A stretch of DNA of 64,000 bases from Bugula neritina (Eukaryota > Animalia > Bryozoa), in assembly GCA_964035545.1 (NCBI GenBank), contig OZ037768.1, positions 19,141,700 to 19,205,699 of the forward strand, given 5' to 3'. Both the position numbers and the translations under genes were made by a program. Of this stretch, positions 62,524 to 64,000 are shown in pieces. Position 1 is the stretch's first letter; each line of letters starts with the position of its first letter. The notes under the pieces were generated by a model. The model made no database searches, had not been told where the DNA came from, and worked only from the letters and a program-made list of their open reading frames with translations.

Positions 62524-64000
62524 GGAGTGTGTTTATAATGGTTTTATACCAAAATAACTTAACAAATATTGCTTACAAACAACCAAATATAGAATAAAGA
62601 TTCTAATAGTATACAAATGGAATATCGACTGCCCACTCCATTAGCATATCGGAGTAAAACGCTTATTCTCGCATTCCAACACTTGAATTTTATTTAGAGG
62701 CCTAACTCTGGTATACTTGATATCAGCTGAAAATATTTATGATTAATTGATTAGGTACGAACACCTGTAAAAGTCCGGCTGTACAGGGCGGAGCTTTGCA
62801 CAAACTGCTAGTGAAAACTTCGGACAGACAGCAGAATAGGCTGTTTTATATAAATTTCATGCATGTGAACACGCTGAACAAATAATCCGAATGGTTCTTG
62901 TGGTAGTGAGCTGATTTGCTGACTACTATTCAGTGAGTTCAATTTTGCATCTCAGTTTTGCATTTTTATTTCAATCAATTGCACATCATTGCGAGTAGCG
63001 AGTGAGATCTCATATTGAAATAATTTACAAAATAGGTCGACAAAGCCATCGGGAAATACAATTTGTCACTTGAGTTTCGCTTCCACTGGGCGGGCATTGT
63101 GTGTAGCAGGAAACTCCCGCAGCGTTAGGTTTCGAACGCAGCTGCTAAAGGCTGATAGCTCAAACCATAAAAACAATAATTTACAATTACTGCTTTCCAA
63201 GAACATTGTCCTGAACTAGACTAGTTGGTTTTCACTTTATATAGCAGATCAACACTTAAGTTTTAGTGTTCGTAAAAATACTGAATGATTTTGCATTGCC
63301 GCATAGAATAACTAATACCGCAGCTTTTGACATAACACTACACACAAACATCATAACACAGCAATTTGAGATAAACACTTGCAAACCAACACCGTTATCA
63401 GTAATGTAATACATTCTACGTATTCTAAACTAGCAGATTCTGTCCCCATGTAAACTCAAAAGAGTGCAGCTATTATAATGTTTTTGTCCAATTGAAGTGC
63501 TGATAACAGTTATCAGACACACGGAGATACAAACACAATCTAGAACATCAGCACAGCTAAAATATTTGAACAATTTTAAGTACACATTTGATTTTCGAAT
63601 ATGCATAAATTAAAATGAAATTTGTGTTGATATAAGAATACACATTTTAATAGCTGAACACCAGTTTTAATTGGTCTTCAGTGGATAGTTAAACATTAAT
63701 GATATAATTGATATAATATGTCATAAAATACCTCTTAATCCAGTTGACAAAGTAGACAGTGGTAAGGTTACTCTGGCCAAACGCTGAGAGCAGGTTGGAG
63801 GGAGCTAATCCATTAACTGAAGCCAAGCCATGGAAATACGCGCTGCCTTGTACCATGAATATGAGGAACAAAGCCTGACACTCCTGTAACAATATCACCA
63901 ATGATACAATTTATGTAAGGCATTGTGAAATATGCAGCAAACATTAATCAGGCACCATCTATTCTAGGCAGTATGTATATGTGTCGTGTAGTGTGTAGAT

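Overview
AT-rich, intron-rich animal genomic DNA; an invertebrate bilaterian is my inference, possibly a lophotrochozoan. It is not prokaryotic, so most of the supplied ORFs are single exons or artefacts. Five multi-exon genes can be rebuilt by hand with phase-consistent GT-AG junctions. (+) ZDHHC23-like palmitoyltransferase, 5' end not identified in the window, ending at 7412. (+) SUV39H/Su(var)3-9 H3K9 methyltransferase, 8484-17342. (-) GPR157-like 7TM receptor, 22579-18181. (-) Frizzled 5/8, 34258-27645. (-) A 16-exon receptor-type tyrosine phosphatase-like gene, 57628-43174. The best candidate for a new system is that receptor. It has a signal peptide, a Thr/Pro mucin stalk, a SEA-like module with a furin site, one TM helix and a single PTPRR/STEP-like domain. 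That domain keeps KNRY, the catalytic Cys and Arg, but has WPD->FPS, both Q-loop Gln->His and P-loop Ala->Thr, which suggests a natural substrate trap or pseudophosphatase. Other notable points: a roughly 168-aa CDK-site-rich loop between SET and post-SET in SUV39H, built from skippable exons; a recursive-splice-like AG|GTGAGT exon in the GPCR; minisatellites that repeatedly abut or duplicate splice sites; a tRNA-derived SINE family (5 copies, one with a nested insertion); and two clear MITE types plus hAT-like remnants. All gene models are manual and have no transcript support.
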